Source: Bdellovibrionota bacterium
GTDB taxonomy: Bacteria; Bdellovibrionota_G; JALEGL01; DATDPG01
Assembly: GCA_963668355.1 (NCBI GenBank)
Contig: OY764265.1
Coordinates: 2,752,001 to 2,816,000 of the forward strand
DNA length: 64,000 nucleotides
Reading direction: 5' to 3'
The notes below the pieces were generated by a model. The model was not told the origin of the DNA. It worked only from the letters and a program-made list of their open reading frames with translations, and ran no database searches. Below are positions 50,517 through 59,164 of the stretch, in pieces. Position numbers and translations under genes: made by a program. Position 1 is the stretch's first letter. Every line of letters starts with the position of its first letter.

Positions 50517-51532
50517 CGTCCCTGATTCCGGCCAAGTGGTGGCATGCCCTCCCAGACGGACGAATCCAGTGCGATCTATGCCCCAGAGACTGCAAATTGA
50601 AGGAGGGGCAACCCGGGCATTGCTTCGTACGCCAGCGTCACGGAGATCAAATCGTCCTTACCACATACGGTTTTTCATCTGGTTTTGCCGTCGACCCCAT
50701 CGAAAAAAAGCCTTTGAATCATTTCCTCCCTGGGACTCGCATTCTTTCGTTTGGAACCGCGGGATGCAATCTCGCCTGTCAATTCTGTCAAAACTGGGAT
50801 TTAAGCCGCTCCCGAGACATTCAAAGAACCTCCGAAAAGGGAAATCCCAAAGAAATCGCGGATTGGGCCGCCTCATATGACTGTCAAAGTGTCGCGTTTA
50901 CCTACAATGACCCGGTGATTTTTGCGGAATATGCCATGGATGTCGCCCAAGCTTGTCATTCTCAAGGCCTGCATACCGTCGCCGTCACGGCAGGATACAT
51001 CCGAGAAGAACCTCGAAAAGAATTTTTTCAACACATGGACGCCGCAAACATTGATTTAAAAGGATTTTCCGAAGCGTTCTATCACAAACTTACAGGCGCT
51101 CATTTGCAGGATGTGTTGGATACCTTGGTCTATGTAAAGCATGAAACATCTACCTGGTTGGAAATCACAACCCTCCTCATTCCCGGAAAAAATGACTCTT
51201 CCAACGAAATTCAACAAGCGTGTGAGTGGATCCAAAGCCATTTGGGAGAAGATGTTCCCCTCCATTTCACGGCGTTCCATCCAGACCACAAATTGACCGA
51301 GATATCTCGAACGCCTCTTTCAACGCTGGAAAGGGCTCGATCCATCGCCACGGATGTGGGCCTTCGGTATGTATACACGGGCAACCTTCCTCACTCCGAG
51401 GGGGGGAGAACCATATGTCCCGAGTGTCAAAGGGTTCTCATCCAACGACACGGTTATGAGATCGAATTCAATTCCTTGGAAAAACAAGGGATCTGTCCGA
51501 AGTGTCACGCAGCCATCCCTGGAAGGTTTTAG
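50513..51532 (+). CDS. amrS: AmmeMemoRadiSam radical SAM enzyme
   Basis: DPIEKKPL and GCNLACQFCQNW. Confidence 0.93.
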   Translation: MTSLIPAKWWHALPDGRIQCDLCPRDCKLKEGQPGHCFVRQRHGDQIVLTTYGFSSGFAVDPIEKKPLNHFLPGTRILSFGTAGCNLACQFCQNWDLSRSRDIQRTSEKGNPKEIADWAASYDCQSVAFTYNDPVIFAEYAMDVAQACHSQGLHTVAVTAGYIREEPRKEFFQHMDAANIDLKGFSEAFYHKLTGAHLQDVLDTLVYVKHETSTWLEITTLLIPGKNDSSNEIQQACEWIQSHLGEDVPLHFTAFHPDHKLTEISRTPLSTLERARSIATDVGLRYVYTGNLPHSEGGRTICPECQRVLIQRHGYEIEFNSLEKQGICPKCHAAIPGRF

Positions 51533-51538
51533 AGAAAA

Positions 51539-51613
51539 TGGTGGCGGTGGGTAGAATCGAACTACCGACACGGGGCTTATGAGACCCCTGCTCTACCACT
51601 GAGCTACACCGCC
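51539..51613 (-). tRNA. tRNA-Met (CAT), probably elongator
   Basis: Cloverleaf GGCGGTG acceptor stem, GGGGT-CTCATAA-GCCCC anticodon arm, GTTCGA, 3' CCA. Confidence 0.92.
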
Positions 51614-51699
51614 AATCGGGGATGCTTCAGCAGAAGCCATCGGACCCGTAAGCGCGCGGTTTCATAGCACAATTGGCGAAGCGCGCAAGCCCTTTTCGA

Positions 51700-52794
51700 C
51701 TAACGCTTTTCCAAGCCAAACAGCGTGCCTTTTCGAGTCAACAACCAAATTCGATCGCCAAGAGCGATGGCTGGCCCTAATACCGGCGCTCCCAAATTGT
51801 ATCGCCAAACTTCTTTTCCCTCTTGCGGATCAATCACGTGAACAAAGCCTTCGAATGAAGAAGCCAAAAGAAACGAGTCACTTTTCGAAAGACCGCTCCA
51901 ATTTGAGCTACCCTTCGCTTCGATTTCCCATTTTTTGGCTCCGCTTCGCGGGTCCACCGCGAATATTTTCCCTTGTTCTCCCGGAACGAACAAGACATCT
52001 CCCATCAGCAAGGAAGCAGCGGAGGCTCCCCCCTGCTCCAAAGACCAAATTGGAGCCCCATTTCGCATAAGGGCATGCATCCGACCTTGAAATTGAGCCA
52101 CCAAAACCCGTCCGTTAGTCATCAAAATGGGAGCCACGACATCGGGAAATCGACTTTTGCCTTCCAAGCGCTTTTTCCAGACTTCGGTTCCATCTTTCGA
52201 GTTGAGAGCCGCTATCGTTCCATCATTGAAGCCGACATACACCCTGCCATCTTTCTTCATGGGAGTTGATACCGCACGAATTGTAATCCGATTGGGAAGA
52301 ATACCCTTGTACTGCCAGACACGCTGTCCTGAGCTGATTTCCAGGGCGTAAAAGTAGCCATTATTGGCCCCAAACAAAACGTTGTTTCCGTCCAAAACCA
52401 TGGGCGAACCCAAAACTTCACCGGTGACCTCATGTTTCCACAGGATTTTTCCCGTAGCGACCTCCAAGGCCAAACACTCTCCCGAAGAGGTTCCCAAAAA
52501 CACCCGACCTTCATGAACCAATACATTTGACGTCACCGAACCGTTGACCTCTCGACGCCAAATTTCATCTCCTGAAGTTCCATCCACCCGATAAGCGGTC
52601 CCTCGAGCACTTCCAAAATACAAGGATTGTCCGTCCGAGGTTAACGCGGAATCCACAACCATTTTACTCGAAAGCCCTAACCAAGACGAATCCGTGAATC
52701 GAGTCTCTCGGGCCACAAGGTACGGACTCCGAGCACAACCATGCAAGAGAAGAAACAGAACCATTAAGAAAGAAAGAGAGATTGCGTTTTTCAT
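51700..52794 (-). CDS. bamB: BamB-like PQQ beta-propeller lipoprotein
   Basis: LHGC lipobox; repeated G.(I/V)W propeller motifs; near yfgM-like gene. Confidence 0.65.
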   Translation of the reverse strand: MKNAISLSFLMVLFLLLHGCARSPYLVARETRFTDSSWLGLSSKMVVDSALTSDGQSLYFGSARGTAYRVDGTSGDEIWRREVNGSVTSNVLVHEGRVFLGTSSGECLALEVATGKILWKHEVTGEVLGSPMVLDGNNVLFGANNGYFYALEISSGQRVWQYKGILPNRITIRAVSTPMKKDGRVYVGFNDGTIAALNSKDGTEVWKKRLEGKSRFPDVVAPILMTNGRVLVAQFQGRMHALMRNGAPIWSLEQGGASAASLLMGDVLFVPGEQGKIFAVDPRSGAKKWEIEAKGSSNWSGLSKSDSFLLASSFEGFVHVIDPQEGKEVWRYNLGAPVLGPAIALGDRIWLLTRKGTLFGLEKR

Positions 52795-53429
52795 AAGAAA
52801 TGGAAATTCAGAGTGAACATGATGGATGTGGTATTGAATGACACCTCATTCAATCCCAGTAAGTTAAGTGTGTCTGCGGATTGGTTCTCTCCAAATAGAA
52901 TTTGGTAACCATATTCTGCATCGAAAGAAATTTTGTTTTTGTACAAGTAGGCTCTTAGCCCTGCGGCCAAGGGCACATAATAAGAAATGGAAAAATCCAG
53001 AGCGGTTTCCTGGTTCACGCCAAAGAGGTTGTACCCGCCAATTCCTGCACTGATATAGGGTTGGAGCAGAACGTCTGGATAAATGGCGAGGATTCGAATC
53101 CACTCTTGATTCATTTCCGCGCGGGTATCCAACGCGAGGGTGGTATCGACCGGATCCGGGGATTGAAAACGAAATGTCGAAAACTGATAGCCAATTTCTG
53201 CTTGAAAATACTTATTGAAGTGATGTCCAGCCACCACTCGGACACCAAAACCCGTATCTCCTGAGATTCCCTTTTCCATAGAGAAACCCGTCATTCCAAG
53301 GCCCACCCCCAGCGTCACGTACTTGCTATCGATAAAGCTGATCCGCTGGTCAATCACATCAAATGCTTGTGCACCCGTGCTGCACAAGAACAGGCAAAGC
53401 AGTAAAAAGCTCTGAAATATTTTTTTCAC
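52791..53429 (-). CDS. Small outer-membrane beta-barrel protein
   Basis: Signal peptide, amphipathic strands, aromatic C-terminus. Confidence 0.7.
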   Translation of the reverse strand: MKKIFQSFLLLCLFLCSTGAQAFDVIDQRISFIDSKYVTLGVGLGMTGFSMEKGISGDTGFGVRVVAGHHFNKYFQAEIGYQFSTFRFQSPDPVDTTLALDTRAEMNQEWIRILAIYPDVLLQPYISAGIGGYNLFGVNQETALDFSISYYVPLAAGLRAYLYKNKISFDAEYGYQILFGENQSADTLNLLGLNEVSFNTTSIMFTLNFHFL

Positions 53430-54130
53430 GAAGAAACCTCAGTCTGAATCGCAGAGATCCGTTCTCTAACTTTCTCCAAGATTGAAGAGTCTGTAAACTC
53501 TTGCTCAAAGGCTTGATAGGTCTGCAAGGCTTTGGATTTTTGGTTCGCCCATTCCTGGGTTAAACCCAACCTCCAGGCATGCAAATCACGAATGGGATTG
53601 TCTTTGGCATCCATCAGCTCTTTCCAAATCCCTTCGGCCTTCGTCCAGTTCTTCAATGCAACGTAGGCATTCGCCAGCCCCTCCATCGCAAGGTATCGAT
53701 ACGGACGACTCAAACGATTTTCGGCCTGCTCATACGAAGAAATCGCTTGTTCATAATTTCCCAAACGAAGATAGGCTTTTCCCAAATAAAGATGCGCAGT
53801 CGGAGCCATGGCAGTATCACCATGTTCTTGTAGAAAGGCCTCCACTTTTTTGGCCCAGTCTTGCCAGGGATTCTCCTTGGCCGAGTCTTCTTCTTTCAAG
53901 GTCCCACCAGGCATTTCCTCTTCCAACGCTTGAAAAGCATTCGCTGCAACCAAGTTTTCTTTTTTGACTTCGTTTTGCCAAACCAAAAAAGCGCCCAAGA
54001 GGACAAAGACTCCCGCAACCACAATCACCACTTTTTTCCAATTCGTTACGATGTCCTTGGTCAGTTCCCCAAAAATCTGGACAAATTGATCTGGACGTCG
54101 AAGGACTTCTTTAAGCTTCTTTCTACTCAT
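53426..54130 (-). CDS. YfgM-like membrane-anchored TPR protein
   Basis: MSRKKLKE..RRPDQF N-terminus, single TM, TPRs. Confidence 0.7.
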   Translation of the reverse strand: MSRKKLKEVLRRPDQFVQIFGELTKDIVTNWKKVVIVVAGVFVLLGAFLVWQNEVKKENLVAANAFQALEEEMPGGTLKEEDSAKENPWQDWAKKVEAFLQEHGDTAMAPTAHLYLGKAYLRLGNYEQAISSYEQAENRLSRPYRYLAMEGLANAYVALKNWTKAEGIWKELMDAKDNPIRDLHAWRLGLTQEWANQKSKALQTYQAFEQEFTDSSILEKVRERISAIQTEVSS

Positions 54131-54174
54131 TGCGGCGGAGAAGCTAACAGACCCTGGTTTCCAGCGCAAATTCA

Positions 54175-54918
54175 ATGAGTTCCAATGTTGACTATTCTTA
54201 CAAGGCCGTAGATCCTGAACGGTACAAAGCCATGGGAAACCAACCAGACGATCCAAAAAAAGACCATCCGGAGTTTGATTTCAGCCGGGTGGATCAAGAG
54301 CGCCTTCAAAATGAAGATGCTGCCAGAGCCGGAACCCCACCCCCACCTGACCTCAATGCAAAATTGGAATTGGCCGAAGAAAAACCCCCAAAAGCCGTCA
54401 AGCCCAGTTCCATATCTCGTCCTGAATCCAGGTACCTGGTTTCCACCACGGGGGAGAAAAAGCGGAAATTATTCCTCCAAGCCGGGGGGATCTTTGTAAT
54501 TTTCTCCATTCTCATTCCGGCTTTGTTGATGGGAAGCTTTTTAACCATTGTTCATTTTGAGAAGAAAGCCGACGAAGAGAAAAAACAGGCCGTCTCTCAG
54601 AAGTTGAAGCAATCTGAAGTTCTGCAAACCTTTCAAAATGCCAACTCCCCAAAAAAGAACACCTCCAAACCGAAAAAAGCGATTGGAATGGGATTTGGAA
54701 CGTTATTGATTCGAACGACTCCAACTGGAGCCAACGTTTTCTTTAACGGATCTCCCCTCACACAAAAAACCCCCGTGAAGATTACTCGGGTCCCCTCGCG
54801 TCAACCTTTAAGGATCAAGGCGTCCAAGACGGGATATCAAGAAGAACTTCGGATGTTGAACATTGAACCCAAAGAAAATCGGGAACTCAACATCCACCTT
54901 GATTCATCACGTCCCTAA
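54175..54918 (+). CDS. Membrane protein with C-terminal PEGA domain
   Basis: GTLLIRTTPTGANVFFNG..KTP..KTGY. Confidence 0.75.
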   Translation: MSSNVDYSYKAVDPERYKAMGNQPDDPKKDHPEFDFSRVDQERLQNEDAARAGTPPPPDLNAKLELAEEKPPKAVKPSSISRPESRYLVSTTGEKKRKLFLQAGGIFVIFSILIPALLMGSFLTIVHFEKKADEEKKQAVSQKLKQSEVLQTFQNANSPKKNTSKPKKAIGMGFGTLLIRTTPTGANVFFNGSPLTQKTPVKITRVPSRQPLRIKASKTGYQEELRMLNIEPKENRELNIHLDSSRP

Positions 54919-54922
54919 GCCA

Positions 54923-56152
54923 TCAAAAACTTTGAATCCAGGTAATCAGCTTAAGGATCAAGGCCTGCAATCGATTGCTTAAAAAAGGAAGATCGGGCTT
55001 AGCCACAAAAATCACGTAGTAAAAAAGGCAGAGGAAAAAAACTCCTCCAAACACCCAAATTCTTCGGCTTCGTTTCATTTTCGGATTCGTCACAGATACT
55101 GTATCCATATTCCCAAAACGCTGATCCGTACGGTCTTTCACAATGGCATCCACACGACCCGGAAACAGTTTGGATTCGGAAGACACAATCCCCTGTTCGA
55201 TCAAAAAAGATCTCAACAAATCACGCGTGGACCCTACGCCCTGCCTTCGAAGAAAACTTTCTAATTTCAACTTCAATTCAGATGCCGAGTTGGCCCGACG
55301 ATTGATCGGTTTTCGAAGACAAGAGCTGATGATGTCCCTCAAGGTTTTTGCGTGCTTCTTGTTGGGTTTTAGATAACGACCGGTTTGGACTTCTTCCAAC
55401 AAGCTTTGCAAGGTTGTCGAACGAAACGGTGTCTTGCCCTCCAACATCTCAAAGAAAATCACTCCGATGGCAAAGAGATCCGAATGCGTGGTCACTTCTT
55501 TTCCAAGTGCCTGTTCCGGAGACATATAGGCTGGAGTTCCCAATATTTGACCCGGTTGCGTGAGGGGTTCCAATTCGGGGCAAAGGGAGATTCCAAAGTC
55601 CATGAGTTTGGCCACACCTTGTTTGGTGATCATGATGTTTCCGGGTTTGATGTCCCGATGAACGATGGCAAATCGATGGATGTACTCCAATCCCGCCAAA
55701 CATTGATACAGAATGGCGACCGCTACCTTGGGAGGAAGAGGACCGCATTGACGAAGCAATTCACTCAATTCCATGCCGTCACAGTATTCCAGGACGATGT
55801 AACGACTTCCCTGAGCCGCTCGATAGTCATACAAATGAACCAGATTTTCATGACTCAAATGCGCCCACATTGCAGCTTCTCGTTCGAATCGATGTTTGAC
55901 GTTCTCAGGGAGTTCCTTTTGGGGAGAAAAACGCTTTATGGCCACATACCGTCCCAAAGACTCTTGTGTGGCCCGATAAACGGTAGAAGTGGATCCCCGG
56001 CCCAAAACCATATCGATCTGGTATCCGGGTAACTCCTCCCCCACGCCATTCAATGTTTGATCGTCCACCTTCGGCACGTGTCCACCTGTCCCACGAGTGT
56101 ACGCGATTTCTTTTTTCGGCCTAGAAGAACTTGGAAAAAGAGATTTGAACAT
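54923..56152 (-). CDS. Hanks-type Ser/Thr protein kinase with C-terminal TM
   Basis: VAIK, HRDIKPGN, DFG and GTPAYMSPEQ. Confidence 0.95.
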   Translation of the reverse strand: MFKSLFPSSSRPKKEIAYTRGTGGHVPKVDDQTLNGVGEELPGYQIDMVLGRGSTSTVYRATQESLGRYVAIKRFSPQKELPENVKHRFEREAAMWAHLSHENLVHLYDYRAAQGSRYIVLEYCDGMELSELLRQCGPLPPKVAVAILYQCLAGLEYIHRFAIVHRDIKPGNIMITKQGVAKLMDFGISLCPELEPLTQPGQILGTPAYMSPEQALGKEVTTHSDLFAIGVIFFEMLEGKTPFRSTTLQSLLEEVQTGRYLKPNKKHAKTLRDIISSCLRKPINRRANSASELKLKLESFLRRQGVGSTRDLLRSFLIEQGIVSSESKLFPGRVDAIVKDRTDQRFGNMDTVSVTNPKMKRSRRIWVFGGVFFLCLFYYVIFVAKPDLPFLSNRLQALILKLITWIQSF

Positions 56153-56375
56153 GTTCTCCCGAAACCGAGTGCAAAAACCGAACCCTTAAACGTTTTTCTA
56201 TGTCCTTGGAATTACATCAACTTTAAAAGACTCAGCGATCCGAAACTCCGCAAAAAAACGACATCTATGAAGAATTTTCCAGGCCAATTTTTCACCGATG
56301 TCTCCCCAGGCGAAGAGGCGAAACCTCTTGAAAATACATGAAAACCAGTATAGACACCCTGCCACTTCATTCGGT

Positions 56376-56463
56376 GCCGAGGTGGCGGAACTGGTAGACG
56401 CGTCGGACTCAAAATCCGAAGTCCTTTACGGATGTGGGGGTTCGAGTCCCCCCCTCGGCACCA
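56376..56463 (+). tRNA. tRNA-Leu (CAA)
   Basis: GCCGAGG acceptor stem, TCGGA-CTCAAAA-TCCGA anticodon arm, long variable arm, 3' CCA. Confidence 0.95.
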
Positions 56464-56464
56464 T

Positions 56465-57031
56465 CTTAATTAAGGGGCCCACCTTACAGGGTAAGGCGGT
56501 GGCCCCCTTAATGATCCCGTCGCAAACGGACTAACCAAGTGAGATCCGTTCACTCCATCATATCCCCCTCGCTAACTTGAAAGCACGGGCCTGAGAACCC
56601 TAGATAGAGAAGCACGCTGCCGCAGCCTTAATTAAGGGGCCCACCTTACAGGGTAAGGCGGTGGCCCCCTTAATGATCCCGTCGCAAACGGACTAACCAA
56701 GTGAGATCCGTTCACTCCATCATATCCCCCTCGCTAACTTGAAAGCACGGGCCTGAGAACCCTAGATAGAGAAGCACGCTGCCGCAGCCTTAATTAAGGG
56801 GCCCACCTTACAGGGTAAGGCGGTGGCCCCCTTAATGATCCCGTCGCAAACGGACTAACCAAGTGAGATCCGTTCACTCCATCATATCCCCCTCGCTAAC
56901 TTGAAAGCACGGGCCTGAGAACCCTAGATAGAGAAGCACGCTGCCTCAGCCTTAATTAAGGGGCCCACCTTACAGGGTAAGGCGGTGGCCCCCTTAATGA
57001 TCCCGTCGCAAAAACTCTGCAAAGCCGAGCT
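56465..57031. repeat. Tandem repeat, 162-bp unit, three full copies plus a partial fourth, with palindromic hairpins
   Basis: Units start at 56465, 56627, 56789 and 56951; one substitution seen among the full copies (56946). Confidence 0.97.
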
Positions 57032-57230
57032 TTCACTCCATTTCAGGCAACGACACTAACCATGCCCCAGCCAAACTCTTTTAGCTCCCAAGGACAATAA
57101 CAAACGACAATCGCGTTTTTGGCGCCCCTTAACGATCAATCCTTAACCCCTAACCCTTAATCCTTCGACAGAGTCCTCCAATAAAATTGAATTTGACTGA
57201 GTGCGTCGATTTGGTACATCCCCCTCCATC

Positions 57231-57503
57231 ATGAAAAAATCCTCACTCAAATGGTTTTAGATCGGTTTGCTTCTTCTTTTTCCGTTAGTCTTTTCCACGA
57301 TGGCGCAAGCTGGAAGACAAGATGACGAGAAGAAGGCGCTCGACCTGGTGGGAAAAGTCAAACTGAGATCCAACGAAGGGGCGGTCTACCTCTACCAAGG
57401 AACCACCGTCAATTGTGTCGTGAGTTTTGTCGCTGCAGGAAATCCGGGTTATGCCAACCAGGGACAGGCGGCCGGGACGGCCATCCACTGTTTCGAAAAA
57501 TAA
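57231..57503 (+). pseudogene. Small secreted protein with an in-frame TAG in its signal peptide
   Basis: MKKSSLKWF*IGLLLLFPLVFSTMAQA...; TAG at 57258-57260 is in frame with ORF 57267..57503. Confidence 0.5.
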
Positions 57504-57513
57504 CGAAGCCGAT

Positions 57514-57624
57514 TCAATACCATTCATTCAAAGCGACCTGGAAATCTTCCATTTCGCCCTTATTCATGAATCGTTCCCAGGTCAACAAAGCACACATGGC
57601 CAAGAAAGAAGCAATGAATCTCAT
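57514..57624 (-). CDS. Candidate 36-aa small membrane protein (MRFIASFLAMCALLTWERFMNKGEMEDFQVALNEWY)
   Basis: Manual translation; hydrophobic N-terminus; no SD sequence. Confidence 0.3.
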   Translation of the reverse strand: MRFIASFLAMCALLTWERFMNKGEMEDFQVALNEWY

Positions 57625-57687
57625 GGGAAAAGATTAATTGGGAGGGAACAAGAAAAAATGAAGGAAACGTAAAGTTCTTTTAAAGCC

Positions 57688-57724
57688 AATGGGCGGAAGG
57701 GTTTTTCCCTTCCGCCCATTTTTT
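57688..57724. terminator. Strong intrinsic terminator hairpin
   Basis: AATGGGCGGAAGGG-TTTTT-CCCTTCCGCCCATT followed by TTTT on the + strand. Confidence 0.8.
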
Positions 57725-57744
57725 CTCACCGGTGAGAGATCGAA

Positions 57745-57843
57745 TCAGTAGCGAACACCTCCACCAAAAAAAGCATCATGCGGTGGGACAGATGAAAGCA
57801 TCATTCGAAAGTATTTTCCTAGATAGTTGACGAGTGTTTTCAT
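57745..57843 (-). CDS. 32-aa small protein (MKTLVNYLGKYFRMMLSSVPPHDAFFGGGVRY)
   Basis: AAGGAG RBS 5 nt before the ATG; hairpin follows the stop. Confidence 0.55.
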   Translation of the reverse strand: MKTLVNYLGKYFRMMLSSVPPHDAFFGGGVRY

Positions 57844-57945
57844 GGGGGCTCCTTGTTGAGTTAACAATGCCCCGTAGATACACCCACCCCTTAAAGAGCG
57901 GACGAAGCTCCGGTTAATAACGTGTAAATTCCTGTTAGACGCGAT

Positions 57946-59139
57946 TTACGGCAGTTTTAACACGAAGTCATTGCCTTCGACGGCCTTTTGGTATTGCGGC
58001 ATGCCATCCACATAGACCATCACGCGTGTAATGGCCCCGTCAGGCCCCGCAAATTGACGTGTGGTGATCTTTTTCACTCGGGTGCCCCCAAAAGCGCCAT
58101 ACTGTGGATTTAGGCCATTCTTAGCATCCTTAAAATCCACAACGACTCGGTTTGGATTGATCATCCGAAAGATTTTGTACTTCGTGGCAGCATCTCGATT
58201 GATTCGAACGGTCGTAATGCCCCCTTCATCGCCCACGGAAATGGTATTGATGGAGGGTAGATTGTCCGGGAGGACATTCGAATCGAAGGTTCCCGGCTTG
58301 GCTTCAGGAATCGCTGCGACCTGAGGGGCATCCGCTACATCGCCGCCCTCAAACGTACCGCTTCCCTCTTCGCCAAAAAGTTCATCCAAGTCGATGTCGT
58401 CTTCCATATCTGAAGCTTCCGGAGCTGCAACATCCGGCGTACCCTCGTCCATTTCCTCAGCTACCATAGGCTCTTCGTCAAACATGGGCTCATCTTCCAC
58501 TATAGGAGCTGGTTCGGGAGTCGGCGTCGGGGTCGCCTTCTTCACAATTTTTCGCCGTGGTTTGGGTTTCGGCTTACGCTTGGCCATTTTCTTTTTGGGC
58601 TTGGGTTTCGGCTTCGCGATTTTCTTGGGCTTTGGAGTGGGCGGAACCGTAGCTTCGACGACAGGTTCTTGGGCCGGAACTTCTCCTGCCAGTTCAACGT
58701 ATAGCGTCGTCCCAATCAGACGGTCTCGATAGCTGGGCTCCCCTTTTAGGTTAATTTCAATTCGAGCCACCGGCTGGCCACCCATCACGGATTTCGAAGC
58801 TTCAATGCTCTCAATCAAAGGATGGGGACTCACAATGGTGTTCTTTAACAATCGCAAGTCCACTTCAGGAATTTCCACCAACACACCTTTGGAAGGTAGT
58901 GGCAAAGGACTCAGCCGATACCCCGGTCCCGGAACTTCACTAATCTGAACCAATGCACCCTTTGGCATTTCAGTGGTGCGAATTTGACTCACCGCTACTT
59001 TAGGAGGCATTGCTTCTTCTTGCGTGACGGAAGGGGTTTTCCCCTTCTGTTTCTGCTTTTCCATGTACTGCAATCCAAAGAAAACCAATCCGGCCAAAAT
59101 CAAAATGATCAGGACGCTACGTAGAACTGTCTTTGCCAT
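57946..59139 (-). CDS. AMIN-domain membrane-anchored protein
   Basis: N-terminal TM, Lys/Pro then acidic linker, C-terminal F.M.NPNRVVVDF (AMIN). Confidence 0.75.
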   Translation of the reverse strand: MAKTVLRSVLIILILAGLVFFGLQYMEKQKQKGKTPSVTQEEAMPPKVAVSQIRTTEMPKGALVQISEVPGPGYRLSPLPLPSKGVLVEIPEVDLRLLKNTIVSPHPLIESIEASKSVMGGQPVARIEINLKGEPSYRDRLIGTTLYVELAGEVPAQEPVVEATVPPTPKPKKIAKPKPKPKKKMAKRKPKPKPRRKIVKKATPTPTPEPAPIVEDEPMFDEEPMVAEEMDEGTPDVAAPEASDMEDDIDLDELFGEEGSGTFEGGDVADAPQVAAIPEAKPGTFDSNVLPDNLPSINTISVGDEGGITTVRINRDAATKYKIFRMINPNRVVVDFKDAKNGLNPQYGAFGGTRVKKITTRQFAGPDGAITRVMVYVDGMPQYQKAVEGNDFVLKLP

Positions 59140-59164
59140 GATTTTTGTGTAACCTTTCTACCCA

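Noticed and set aside
51539..51613. tRNA-Ile2 (lysidine) or initiator identity for the CAT tRNA
   Set aside because: Paired G1-C72 argues against initiator, and the GGCGGTG acceptor stem looks like elongator Met; not confirmed without isotype models
56170..56186. sigma54 motif upstream of the Ser/Thr kinase
   Set aside because: GG-N10-GC is present, but the -24 box is poor and the TSS would fall within the RBS
56465..57031. CRISPR array
   Set aside because: Whole 162-bp units are near-identical, with no unique spacers, and there are no cas genes in the window
57141..57165. Telomere-like TAACCC repeats
   Set aside because: Only two or three imperfect copies; consistent with chance or decayed repeat sequence
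57258..57260. Genome-wide TAG recoding
   Set aside because: TAG terminates several conserved genes in this window at their expected ends
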